DNA of 64,000 nt from Eledone cirrhosa (Eukaryota): the NCBI GenBank assembly GCA_964016885.1, contig OZ024746.1, positions 26,598,001-26,662,000 of the forward strand, written 5' to 3'. Every line of letters starts with the position of its first letter. Position 1 is the stretch's first letter. Under the pieces are notes generated by a model. The model saw only the letters and a program-made list of their open reading frames with translations. It ran no database searches and had not been told where the DNA came from. Positions 28,528 through 48,015 of the stretch are shown here, piece after piece. The position numbers were made by a program, and so were the translations under genes.

Positions 28528-31500
28528 AAATTTTATATTTTATATTTTATATTTTATATTTTATATACTATTATATCATCTCAATCGTCCCCTTAGGCCG
28601 AAGCACCCCAGGACCTTCTCAACGCTCCCGGGGTGGGGGCGTTAGCGTCCACTTTAAGAACCTTTGGTTTATGCGGTGGCATTTTTCCTCTGGTCAGTTC
28701 CCCATAAAATAACCGTTTAGGAAGCCCTTCATCTTCCATCCTGCTCAAGTCACCAGCCCAATGCATCTAGCTCATTATAATCCTTATCTCAATACTGGTG
28801 CTACCCGCTTTTCCGGTACAGCAGTATCAGATGTGTAAGAGGACCACTTGATGTTCAGTAAGCGTGGGATACAAGATAAATCACAATGAGTGGATTGATG
28901 ATAATGATGTTGCAATCACCAAGCCTAGTGAAGAGAAAAATAACTTGTATTGAAGTGTCTTGTTGCAGATGGTCCAGTGATGATCACTTTTGAGAAGACC
29001 TTCAAAGAAACAAAGTCAAAACTGCCATATAAATTTCTAAGAATGAAGAATAAATTATGGTCTGAAGTTTCAGCCGAGATTCAGAAAGATTATAACTGCA
29101 GAGAATTACAGCACAATAAGTTAAGCTTTTGGCTCAGCGCACTAAAACATGGCACCATTGAAGTAAAGAGATGGGAAAGCCCTCATCAAAGAGATGGACA
29201 CAATGAAACTCTAGATTTTGATGGAATACCTGTTGAGCTGATCCGCTTTCGAGGTGACAATGTTGCTATGGCCATTCATAGACTAGTCTCATCAGTTTGG
29301 CATTGTGGGCCTATCCCGCAAGGCTGGGTAGATGCAATTTTGCTCTTGATTTACAATGGCAAGAGCTCCAAGTTTAAATGCGGTGGTTATCGTAGTATAA
29401 GTCTGCTCGATTCGGAAGGGAATGTTGTATCCAAGGTCTTGCTGAATCGTCTAAATGGATCTGTCCTGGGGCCATCCCTGATAGCCAGGAACTAGGCGGA
29501 GTACTGTGGACAGGATTTTTGCAGTCCATCAGCTTATGGAGTGCGTTGAGCAGCATGTGTCAGTGTACAAAGTATTTGTGAACTTTATCAAAGCCTTTGA
29601 TACTGTTAATCGTAGTACATTGTGAATCATATTGGGGAAATTTGGATGACGTCACGAATTTGTTGGAATATGCAAAAAATTCCATCAAAATATGAAAACA
29701 AAAGTGAACTTCAACGGGACACTTTCAGAGCCAATTTCAATGGCAAACGGTGTCTAGCAAGGTGGCATTCCTGCACCCACTCTGTTTACCATCAATGACC
29801 ATATCTTTCTTAATCGGGTGAAATATTCTCTGGTTACGCGTTCCTTGTCACCGATACCATCATAGGATATATTCTCATCTATCCCTAGGTATCTGTAGCA
29901 GTTCTTGTCAGATATCGGTGAAACAATTAAGCTATTGATAAAAATGTTGCTAGATTGGCTTGTAGTTTTTCCCCGTTTTACAATCACATATGAACATTTA
30001 GGATAAATTCCATTCCTATATCCTTTGAGAATGCCGTGACCAGGTCAAGATTTTTCTTCATCTCATTTATCTTTTTGGCATAGAGTTTCAGGTCATCCAC
30101 AAAGAAATTATCGGTTAGGTTCCTATTTCTCTCCTCCTGGGAACCAATTATGTATCCTTCACATTTCTTGAGCAGAAAGAACAAGGGGTTTAATGACAGA
30201 ATAAATAGTAACACAGAGAGAATATACTCCTGTGATATTATATTTCATCAGTGAAAATAGCATCCTTCTCCTCTGTTTTTAACTTTAGGATAGTAGCCCA
30301 AGAAGAAGATAGGTTCTCTATGGCTCTGATAATAGTATCTGGGACTATCATCTAAGAGTGGGGAACAGAACTTTCCTGTAGTCCAGCCAGACTGTAACCA
30401 CATTCTTGCTAAGTTGTTGCATCTCTCATTCCAGCTGCTTGCTCATCTGTTATGATGTTATTATTGTCGCAGGGATTTTGGAGAAATAGGTTCAAGCAGG
30501 CTGCATACATTTTATACATTAGATTCTGGCATGCAACGTGTGGGTAGTTATTTTTTTAAATTCCAAATGGGTGTCTTTGGAAACCAATATTGTTTGTGTT
30601 AATGTCAACACCCCTGGTATATGTGCATCTCCCAGGAGGGCTTTCTGGTAGAGGTTGATCATATACATCCGATAGAATGTCAGTTTTTTTTACAAGTAGC
30701 CAATAATCAAGTCTCTTCCTGCTGTTTTATTAGCTTGGAGGCTTCCTATCACAGTCTGAAGGGTATCATCATTTAATCTGTATGGATTTGTTGCAGTGTA
30801 GGGACAGTAGTTCTTTTACACTTATAGGTGAAACTAGGACCAATACAACCGAATTAAGCTGAGGTAATGGTAATTCAAACAATTTAATTTTAATGATACT
30901 TCCAAAACTGGCTCCTTGTCTCATTAGAATTAAAACTGCTAGATCAGCAGTAGGAAATATTTTTATGCCGGTATACACACTTAGAAATTAACTGACATTC
31001 AATGAAGCCACAATTTGAAAAACATATAGTCCCGCTAAAGTTCAAGGCTTTGGAAATATATAATTACGTATGTAGGTGTTACTTTTCGTAACAAACATAA
31101 TAAATTGAACAGATTAACGTTCAATATAATGAAATCAGCAAGAACGTTCTGCTTCTTTCAGTTGGCAGTAAATATTATTTTGGAAAGTTCGATATAAATA
31201 TCTCAACCCTGTGTCAGAGTTTTTTCATGTTTGCCAGACCATCACCAATATTGTTATAGCGAAGTTTATTGTGAAATAAACCTTCAATCATATACTGTAT
31301 ATGATATACATTTCAAAGTATATTATATATATAATATGAATACATTACACATTATAATAAATTGTAAACAAACGAAAGTAAGGTTTAAAAATGTCGAACG
31401 TAATATAAATTCAATATCTTTAATGTTTCAATAAAAAAAATATAAATATAAAAAGTTTATATAACAAATAATTATCTAAAATATAGATATATATTTTACA

Positions 31501-31789
31501 GTTCCAGTTTGGTGTTATCAATAATACCATTTCAGTAGGATTATAAATTTAAAGAAATGATACATAATATTACATAGGATATAAATGTAGAGTTCTCTGT
31601 TATATATCAAGCATTACAGAGAAATTAGATAAAATATTCATATTTTTAGAAAATATATTTACAAAGTTACAACAGTATTGTTGAGAATTGAAGCTGAAAC
31701 ACTTCTACATATTTATAACGATACACTTGTATCTGGGTGTCTAACTGACAGGGGTACCAAGGAATATTATAGATTGAGCATTAGATATT

Positions 31790-34185
<2,396 letters not shown>

Positions 34186-35452
34186 GTTGATCTTTTATAA
34201 ATTTGTTAGAGGAAATATAAGTTAATGTGAGACGTCAGTAAATTTGCTTGTACTCTTTTGAATACAATTAATAAATGATAGTCAATAGAATTATAATGTG
34301 ACTTTATATACTTACCAGTGAAATTTATATATTTGGAAATACCGTTGATATATATTGAAGATGGAGAATTTGAAAGTTCCCAACATCCATAGTTTACTAT
34401 TTGGATGAGAATAGATTTACTTTCAGTTGTAGAGACCGGCGTATCTATTTATAATCCCAATTTTAGTAGGAGAGATAAAAGTAGAGGGAGAGAAGGACGG
34501 GGTGAGAGGACGGGAGAGAAAAAAGAGAAAGTTAAGTGAGAGAGAGAGGGGGAGAGAGAGGGGGGGAGGGAGGGAGTGAAAGTAATATGTAGGATGGAGG
34601 ACGTGTGAATGGAGGGAGAAGGAGAGAGTAGTTAAGTGTAACAATGAATAACTACTTTTATCTTAATTTTAGGTCAAAAGTCTATTTTACTTTATTTCAT
34701 TGATGGGAAACATTTATTTCGTAGAAGTGTCATTTTAAACATTTAGAATCACACACAAACACAAATCTTGGTTTTATATATATTATGTTTCTCTCAGAGC
34801 CAAAACTTCCAACAAAGATTTTGATGCTAAGAAGTAAATGCTATTTATGTTAAAATATTTGTGTTTTTCATATTGTAATATTTTCAATTTCTTCTGATAA
34901 AGAAATTCGCGTTTAATTTATTGTGTATTGTTTTGTTTTTCTGTTTGTTTTATTGTTTTTTTTTCTTTTATTTTCGATATTCCATAACCTCCGCTGAGAA
35001 AATACCACAATTCTTGGGTTATTTCACACTTTTATTTTGAAACATAAGACGGAAGTGTTACAATACATGTGACCTCCTACACAGCATCACACTGTCATAG
35101 TAATAGTAAAATATATGTCAGTTTCCATAAACGCTGAAACATAACTGAAAGTAAACAATTATCATTTAGTAAATATAGAATATTAAAGAGGTTATATTTT
35201 ATATTACGTGCATGTGGTTAAAATGTCTGAAGAATGAATCAATGGACAGATTTGACGGACAAAACCAACTGGCAGGGTACCCTGGGTGCAACCCGAGTAA
35301 GACGGTAGGGTAAAATACATGAGATCGGCTGGTCTAAATTGAGTATCCAGCCAGATCAAATATTGATTAAATAGATCATCAATAGTTTTGGAGGATTGGG
35401 GGTCATCCTTCTCTCTCCGTATTACATGAGTTATAATTTATAGGTCTGTTAA

Positions 35453-36112
35453 TTTTCTCCAGTGTATAGGTGTGGTGATCTTCTCCAGTCTACAGGTGTG
35501 GTGATTTTCTCCAGTCTATAGGTGTGGTGATTTTCTCCAGTCTATAGGTGTGGTGATTTTCTCCAGTCTATATGTGTGGGGATTTTCTCCAGTCTATAGG
35601 TGTGGTGATTTTCTCCAGTCTATAGGTGTGGTGATTTTCTCCAGTCTATAGGTGTGGTGATTTTCTCCAGTCTATAGGTGTGGTGATTTTCTCCAGTCTA
35701 TAGGTGTGGTGATTTTCTCCAGGCTATAGGTGTGGGGATTTTCTCCAGTCTCTAGATGTCGGTGATTTTCTCCAATCTATAGGTGTGGTGATTTTCTCCT
35801 GTCTATAGGTGTGGTGATTTTCTCCAGTGTATAGGTGTGGTGATCTTCTCCAGTCTATAGGTGTGGTGATTTTCTCCAGTCTATAGGTGTGGTTATTTTC
35901 TCCTGTCTATAGGTGTGGTGATTTTCTCCAGTCTATAGGTGTCGGGGATTTTCTCCTGTCTATAGGTGTGGTGATTTTCTCCAGTCTCTAGGTGTCGGGG
36001 ATTTTCTCCTGTCTATAGGTGTGGTGATTTTCTCCAGTCTATAGGTGTGGTTATTTTCTCCTGTCTATAGGTGTGGTGATTTTCTCCAGTCTATAGGTGT
36101 CGGGGATTTTCT
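35453..36112. repeat. 26-bp minisatellite, ~25 units
   Basis: Directly visible. Confidence 0.95.
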
Positions 36113-38697
36113 TCAAGATTTGTAAGCCGTATATTTAGTTTGACTTAGTACAATATTTCTATGAGTGAACTACTTGAGTGTCTGGTTGATGTGTTAATGT
36201 TACTACAATAGAAATAATTACCTATAGGAAAATAATAATAGTATGGCACAGTTCATTACTGGTATCTTTGGATCAACACATCTATCAACAAATCTACCAA
36301 CTAATCTATCAGATGTCACGATAAATCTCTGGTAAAAATATTTACCATTAATCACTTGTTTGTACACTTCTCTTTTATTTTAAACCTATTCATCGTGTTG
36401 GAGTTCTTCAGGTTGGTTCCTTTGGAACACATAATAATTGATTGTGTACACCTGTCTTCAGAGAATCTTGCAACAATTTAGTAATCACAATTCAATATAT
36501 ATATATATATATATATAGTGACGAAACATAAGTCAATTGCATGAACTCATAATCCTTTATTTACTGCTATATATATTTCGATGATAGCCATTGAATGGCT
36601 ATGACCTCATCGGGCAGTTAGTCAGTTCTTAGATATGCCAGCTCTGTGTTTATAGTGTTGATGGTATCAGAGCCTTGTGACATATATATATATGGTAGGG
36701 GGGTGTAGGCATGATTCTCATGTTGAATACAGAAAATATTTATGCATCAGTCATGTAATAAGAAATGATACTAATAATTACTCCTGACAGAAATCTAAGA
36801 GAAAACATTCAAGGAAAAAAGGTGTAGCTAATCAAAATGACTTCAGTACATGACAGGTGTTATTTTATTGATTTTCGATGATTTGAAATCAAACCTTAAT
36901 GACATAACTAATTAACGTGAATCTAACATCTAACCTAATGATAATTGTTTATATTAATATCATTTTTTGCATAGACACAATAGCACAAAGCATAATCTAT
37001 TATATCTATTTTGGTACAATATGCTATATTATCTATTATATCTATTTTGGTACAGTATGCTATATTATGTTCTCGTCATTATTATTGTTTGTGTCATGGC
37101 TTCAGTTTATGGTTTCTATGGCTTTAGTTTATGTTTTTTTTCATCAGAATCCGGCATATTTGGGGAGAAAACAGTGTCAACCAGGACACATTAATAAGCC
37201 GGATGGAATAATGTGACTGATCATACAAACTGAGGTAATCCCGGCCACAACAGGAAATACAGTCTGTCTATCCACATACATTTATACATATAAACTGATC
37301 TCCATTCCTTTTACTGTAACACAACTAATATGTGGCTGGGTACTAATGTTAAACATTACTATTATTATTCGGATCCGGCTATCAGCTGAGTTTATCATAA
37401 AGACTGCCCCACCGCCCTTTTTAACCAGGAACGGTAGGCAGTTTTTATCTGCCTAGTGGCCATGGTGATAGAGATCATATGTTTTTAGGATTCACTTGAA
37501 AAGGAAAATCGGGGTGGAGAGGGAAGTGCTGATTTCCAGCCAGTTTATTGAAAGATGGGTGAGAGATGTAATAATGACCCGTGTGAATGTGTCTGCCCTG
37601 AGCGTGTGCCTGTATTACTGAAGGAAGACAATGCTTGCCTTAACAGTCTGGGTGACCTTGGCTTATGTAGGCTTTCTCCACATGTAACCATTGGAGTCTC
37701 CTCGCCTTTGGGGATTTATGTTTGTTGTTTTAAATGTTTATTGCGTTAATATCTGTTATAAATATTATTTTACGCAAAAAAATCTACAAGAAAGCATTTG
37801 GGAGTACCGGTAGAGCATAGAGTTAAGTCCCTTTACATTCTGAGTTCAAATCCCGCCGCGGTTAACTTTGCCTTTCTTCCTTACGGGGTCGATAAAATAA
37901 AGCAGCAATTTAAACATTCATACCTGATATACATAAACAAAATATTATCTTGCTTCACACCCACCCGCACACACATACACATATGTGTGTGTGTGTCTGT
38001 CTGTGTGTGTGTAAATAAACAACCAGGATTAAATTAAATCATTTAATATTTTACGAATGATACATAAAAGAAAAGAATGAAACTAAATGTAGTTAAAATA
38101 GATGTTGATAAACGTAAAAGTTTGTGTTTACAAATGTTTAATTGTTCTTTTCAAGTGGCTTGGGAAATACACTATTGAAGGCAATAATTTCTTCGTTATT
38201 TTGATAGATAGATTTCTTTATTTATTTATTTTGATAGTAACCGGATACTACTAATAAACTTACATTAATATATTGCCATTTATACATAATCAATCATTAA
38301 TTAATACACATTGTCTTCAATTAACAAAGTATTTATGACAAACTTATAAAAGATGCAATATTTGAAAATATCGAATTGAAAATATGTAAAAATATAGCCC
38401 CGACATAAAATTTTATGAGGAACATCAAATTAAGCCCTGTACTTAATCAGCCATTAAATTTATTCTTCTCAATATTTTACTAAACTTTTAGACACATTCA
38501 ATTTTTTCCAAACATCAGTTGTTAAAATGTTACCCAAACACACATGGTACTGTTTCGAAAATTACTTTTGAATTATATTTGTATACACAGATAATTAAGA
38601 CTTTACAAAATAAAGTGTTCAAAAACTATTTTTTTTTTACTTTCTCTCTCTCATACTCTCACTCTCGACACAAACACACATTCATGCAGACACACAA

Positions 38698-38737
<40 letters not shown>

Positions 38738-38927
38738 TATATATATATAAGATCAAAAGATGGTTAAATGTGTTCCATGTATTTTATTATGCGCATTTCA
38801 AAGACAAATATCATCATGCAATAACATTTGTGTTTTCATCAGATAAAATAGGGGGACATGATATGAAGGTTAAAAACACTTGTGGATAGTGCAGTTTTAA
38901 TATTGTACTACAATAAAACTCACCTCC

Positions 38928-39016
<89 letters not shown>

Positions 39017-39055
39017 ATATGCATTTACATATATATATTTATATATATATACATT

Positions 39056-39168
<113 letters not shown>

Positions 39169-39584
39169 TAAAACCCAGATAGACCATAACCCACCAGAGT
39201 ACTTGATATTTGGGGTAGTAGAGTGGGTAACATGAAAAGATTCAGGACCCCGACGGCTGAACTCCGGCCGTTTCGACAGCTAGATCAAAACTAAAGCGCC
39301 AGTAGTCGTGATTAAGGAAGTGGTTTTTATACCGGCTCTCTCACATACCCACATATCTCCAGGATTCGTTTCTTGATATTGATTCAATGAAGAGACATCA
39401 GACCGTAAATTATCGCTGGGTTGATGCATTTTTGATCCTGCGGTCATGACTCCCATTATTTACAAGAACATTCAATTTACCAATTCATTTACTTCGGCAC
39501 AGGTTGAAAGAGTTGTCCCTCCGGCCCACGAAACGTACGACTCTCGTATGGCGCCATTGTAGTAACAATAAATGTAGAAGAACA

Positions 39585-40122
39585 TTGTAGGAGAAATTTT
39601 CACAGTTGGGGAGGTGACATTCAGTGTTCTACAATCATGTAGTTGCTGCTAAATGAGAGTTTACAATATTCTTTGTTTATTTTTGTAGTAATTGGGAAAT
39701 TCCTACACTATAACCATATCTATAGTCTAATGCTCTCCATAACTGACCATCTCTTCATCAATTTAGCTATTATTTATCTTGAAATTCATTATGAAATCTG
39801 TCTATAAATTTATTTACACAGTGGCGTATGATTTCGCGAAGATTTAGTTCCTGCTTCTGTGTAGAAATCCCCAATATACCTAATTTAAATATTTATCACT
39901 GATCCAGAATGTAATTATTCTCTTAAAATATAATAAAATATTTCTGGTTTTAATTACTGATGAAGTTTAAATATTTCCTTGTTTAATTAATAGAATCTTT
40001 AAACCTTTTTTTCTCCTCCAGATTGGCAATATACATTGGTTTTATACATCTCAACATGGATGACATTGATATATATTCTTTTATTTTCAGATATTCCAGT
40101 TATTTTCAAAAGTCCAAAACAA
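39585..40122 (+). pseudogene. Inverted pseudocopy, unit 4
   Basis: Homologous to 2813-3350. Confidence 0.88.
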
Positions 40123-43100
40123 GTAATACCCTCAGCGCTCCCAATCCTATTTCCAGAGAGACCTGCCTACACGCAAGTTGTAAATAATATATAACAAATA
40201 AAATAGTTAATTTTTATATAATAAAATAATGTAATATATTCTATGTATAAATAAATATTATACATTTTATATTTTACTATATTGATATATAATATTGTTA
40301 TACTTGGGGAGGGTCATATTTGTGTAATATTGCCAGAATTAATAATAGAACACACTTACTGTTGGGTTGGTTTTCGCTTTTCACTTCTGTGTCTTTTATA
40401 TCGGTAATCTAATTTATTCGGTCCTCAATGTTGCCACTCACTGCCCAACGGTCAAAAATAATACAGATACAATATAGACACAAACACATATATATAGTTT
40501 ATCAAAGTTCTTTCGTTGTACATCTGCAACATCGTCAGTGGTGCTATTGTTTCCTCCCGTTACATTGTATTTTCTACGCCATCTTCATTTAGTCTGTTTA
40601 TATATTTATTTATTTGTTTATTTTATTTTGACTTCTTTGCGCATGCGTTTGCGTGTGTGTATAGTGTTTTGTTTGATGTGTGTTCGTGATTGGGTGACAG
40701 TGTATTGGTTAATGTATTCTATCTTTACTAGTGTGTGTTTATATGTGTTTGTTGTTATTGTTGTCTATGTTACCGTCGTGTTGTCTGGCATGTTCGTATA
40801 GTACTGACCCGTTTTTTCGTCCTTTTAGTTCCCCCAGTGTTGGTCTATCCTTTCACCTGTGCTACAAGCTGTCTCGCCTATGTATGTTGCTGTCATGTTT
40901 CTGCAAGTACCCTCTGTACATCTTATGCTATAGACTACGTTTCTAGTTTTACAATTTATCCGTATAAATTTTATATTTTATATTTTATATTTTATATTTT
41001 ATATTTTATATTTAATATACTATTATATCATTTCTATCGTCCCCTTAGGCTGAAGCACCCCAGGACCTTCTCAACGCTCCCGGGGTGGGGGCGTTAGCGT
41101 CCACTTTAAGAACCTTTGGTTTATGCGGTGGCATTTTTCCTCTGGTCAGTTCCCCATAAAATAACCGTTTAGGAAGCCCTTCATCTTCCATCCTGCTCAA
41201 GTCACCAGCCCAATGCATCTAGCTCATTATAATCCTTATCTCAATACTGGTGCTACCCGCTTTTACGGTACAGCAGTATCAGATGTGTAAGAGGACCACT
41301 TGATGTTCAGTAAGCGTGGGATACAAGATAAATCACAACGAGTGGATTGATGATAATGATGTTGCTATGGCCATTCATAGACTAGTCTCATCAGTTTGGC
41401 ATTGTGAGCCTATCCCGCAAGGCTGGGTAGATGCAATTTTGCTCTTGATTTACAATGGCAAGAGCTCCAGGTTTAAATGCGGTGGTTATCGTAGTATAAG
41501 TCTGCTCGATTCGGAAGGGAATGTTGTATCCAAGGTCTTGCTGAATCGTCTAAATGGATCTGTCCTGGGGCCATCCCTGATAGCCAGGAACTAGGCGGAG
41601 TACTGTGGACAGGATTTTTGCAGTCCATCAGCTTATGGAGTGCGTTGAGCAGCAAGTGTCACTGTACAAAGTATTTGTGAACTTTATCAAAACCTTTGAT
41701 ACTGTTAATCGTAGTACATTGTGAATCATATTGGGGAAATTTGGATGCCGTCATGAATTTGTTGGAATATGCAAAAAATTCCATCAAAATATGAAAACAA
41801 AAGTGAACTTCAACGGGACACTTTCAGAGCCAATTTCAATGGCAAACGGTGTCTAGCAAGGTGGCATTCCTGCACCCACTCTGTTTACCATCAATGACCA
41901 TATCTTTCTTAATCGGGTGAAATATTCCCTGGTTACGCGTTCCTTGTCACCGATACCATCATAGGATATATTCTCATCTATCCCTAGGTATCTGTAGCAG
42001 TTCTTGTCACATATCGGTGAAACAATTAAGCTATTGATAAAAATGTTGCTAGATTGGCTTGTAGTTTTTCCCCGTTTTACAATCACATATGAACATTTAG
42101 GCTAAATTCCATTCCTATATCCTTTGAGAATGCCGTAACCAGGTCAAGATTTTTCTTCATCTCATTTATCTTTTTGGCATAGAGTTTCAGGTCATCCACA
42201 AAGAAATTATCGGTTAGGTTTCTATTTCTCTCCTCCTGGGAACCAATTATGTATCCTTCACATTTCTTGAGCAGAAAGGACAAGGGGTTTAATTACAGAA
42301 TAAATAGTAACACAGAGAGAATATACTCCTGTGATATTATATTTCATCAGTGAAAATAGCATCCTTCTCCTCTGTTTTTAACTTTAGGATAGTAGCCCAA
42401 GAAGAAGATAGGTTCTCTATGGCTCTGATAATAGTATCTGGGACTATCATCCAAGAGTGGGGAACAGAACTTTCCTGTAGTCCAGCCAGACTGTAACCAC
42501 ATTCTTGCTAAGTTGTTGCATCTCTCATTCCAGCTGCTTGCTCATCTGTTATGATGTTATTATTGTCGCAGGGATTTTGGAGAAATAGGTTCAAGCAGGC
42601 TGCATACATTTTATACATTAGATTCTGGCATGCAACGTGTGGGTAGTTATTTTTTTAAATTCCAAATGGGTGTCTTTGGAGACCAATATTGTTTGTGTTA
42701 ATGTCAACACCCCTGGTATATGTGCATCTCCCAGGAGGGCTTTCTGGTAGAGGTTGATCATATACATCCGATAGAATGTCAGTTTTTTGTACAAGTAGCC
42801 AATAATCAAGTCTCTTCCTGCTGTTTTATTAGCTTGGAGGTTTCCTATCACAGTCTGAAGGGTATCATCATTTAATCTGTATGGATTTGTTGCAGTGTAG
42901 GGGCAGTAGTTCTTTTGCATTTATAGGTGGAACTAGGACCAATACAACCGAATTAAGCTGAGGTAATGGTAATTCAAACAATTTAATTTTAATGATACTT
43001 CCAAAACTGGCTCCTTGTCTCATTAGAGTTAAAACTGCTAGATCAGCAGTAGGAAATATTTTTATGCCGGTATACACACTTAGAAATTAACTGACATTCA

Positions 43101-43888
43101 ATGAAGCCACAATTTGAAAAACATATAGTCCCGCTAAAGTTCAAGCCTTTGGAAATATATAATTTCGAATGTAGGTGTTACTTTTCGTAACAATCATAAT
43201 AAATTGAACAGATTAACGTTCAATATAATGAAATCAGCAAGAACGTTCTGCTTCTTTCAGTTGGCAGTAAATATTATTTTGGAAAGTTCGATATAAATAT
43301 CTCAACCCTGTGTCAGAGTTTTTTCATGTTTGCCAGACCATCACCAATATTGTTATAGCGAAGTTTATTGTGAAATAAACCTTCAATCATATACTGTATA
43401 TGATATACATTTCAAAGTATATTATATATATAATATGAATACATTACACATTATAATAAATTGTAAACAAACGAAAGTAAGGTTTAAAAAAGTCAAACGT
43501 AATATAAATTCAATATCTTTAATGTTTCAATAAAAAAAATATAAATATAAAAAGTTTATATAACAAATAATTATCTAAAATATAGATATATATTTTACAG
43601 TTCCAGTTTGGTGTTATCAATAATACCATTTCATTAGGATTATAAATTTAAAGAAATGATACATAATATTACATAGGATATAAATGTAGAGTTCTCTGTT
43701 ATATATCAAGCATTACAGAGAAATTAGATAAAATATTCATATTTTTAGAAAATATATTTACAAAATTACAACAGTATTGTTGAGAATTGAAGCTGAAACA
43801 CTTCTACATATTTATAACGATACACTTGTATCTGGGTGTCTAACTGACAGGGGTACCAAGGAATATTATAGATTGAGCATTAGATATT

Positions 43889-46211
<2,323 letters not shown>

Positions 46212-47475
46212 GTTGATCTTTTATAAATTTGTTAGAGGAAATATAAGTTAATGTGAGACGTCAGTAAATTTGCTTGTACTCTTTTGAATACAATTAATAA
46301 ATGATAGTCAATAGAATTATAATGTGACTTTATATACTTACCAGTGAAATTTATATATTTGGAAATACCGTTGATATATATATTGAAGATGGAGAATTTG
46401 AAAGTTCCCAACATCCATAGTTTACTATTTGGATGAGAATAGATTTACTTTCAGTTGTAGAGACCGGCGTATCTATTTATAATCCCAATTTTAGTAGGAG
46501 AGATAAAAGTAGAGCGAGAGAAGGACGGGGTGAGAGGATGGTGAGAGAAAAAAGAGAAAGTTAAGTGAGAGAGAGAGGGGGAGAGGGGTAGGGAGGGAGT
46601 GAAAGTAATATGTAGGATGGAGGACGTGTGAATGGAGGGAGAAGGAGAGAGTAGTTAAGTGTAACAATGAATAAATACTTTTATCTTAATTTTAGGTCAA
46701 AAGTCTATTTTACTTTATTTCATTGATGGGAAACATTTATTTCGTAGAAGTGTCATTTTAAACGTTTAGAATCACACACAAACACAAATCTTGGTTTTAT
46801 ATATATTATGTTTCTCTCAGTGCCAAAACTTCCAACAAAGATTTTGATGCTAAGAAGTAAATGCTATTTATGTTAAAATATTTGTGTTTTTCATATTGTA
46901 ATATTTTCAATTTCTTCTGATAAAGAAATTCGCGTTTAATTTATTGTGTATTGTTTTGTTTGTCTGTTTGTTTTGTTGTTTTTTTTTCTTTTATTTTCGA
47001 TATTCCATAACCTCCGCTGAGAAAATACCACAATTCTTGGGTTATTTCACACTTTCATTATGAAACATAAGACGGAAGTGTTACAATACATGTGACCTCC
47101 TACACAGCATCACACTGTCATAGTAATAGTAAAATATATGTCAGTTTCCATAAACGCTGAAACATAACTGAAAGTAAACAATTATCATTTAGTAAATATA
47201 GAATATTAAAGAGGTTATATTTTATATTACGTGCATGTGGTTAGAATGTCTGAAGAATGAATCAATGGACAGATTTGACGGACAAAACCAACTGGCAGGG
47301 TATCCTGGGTGCAACCCGAGTAAGACGGTAGGGTAAAATACATGAGATCGGCTGGTCTAAATTGAGTATCCAGCCAGATCAAATATTGATTAAATAGATC
47401 ATCAATAGTTTTGGAGGATTGGGGGTCATCCTTCTCTCTCCGTATTACATGAGTTATAATTTATAGGTCTGTTAA

Positions 47476-48015
47476 TTTTCTCCAGTGTATAGGTGTGGTG
47501 ATTTTCTCCAGTCTATAGGTGTGGTGATTTTCTCCAGTCTCTAGGTGTCGGGGATTTTCTCCTGTCTATAGGTATGGTGATTTTCTCCAGTCTATAGGTG
47601 TGGTGGTGATTTTCTCCAGTCTATAGGTGTGGGGATTTTCTCCAGTCTATAGGTGTGGTGGTGATCTTCTCCAGTCTATAGGTGTGGGGATTTTCTCCAG
47701 TCTATAGGTGTGGTGGTGATCTTCTCCAGTCTATAGGTGTGGGGATTTTCTCCAGTCTATAGGTGTGTTGATCTTCTCCAGTCTATAGGTGTGGTGATTT
47801 TCTCCAGTCTATAGGTGTGGGGATTTTCTCCAGTCTATAGGTGTGGTGATTTTCTCCAGTCTATAGGTGTGGTGGTGATTTTCTCCAGTCTATAGGTGTG
47901 GTGATTTTCTCCAGTCTCTAGGTGTGGTGATTTTCTCCTGTCTATAGGTGTGGTGATTTTCTCCTGTCTATAGGTATGGTGATTTTCTCCAGTCTATAGG
48001 TCTCGGGGATTTTAT
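47476..48015. repeat. 26-bp minisatellite, ~20 units
   Basis: Directly visible. Confidence 0.95.
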
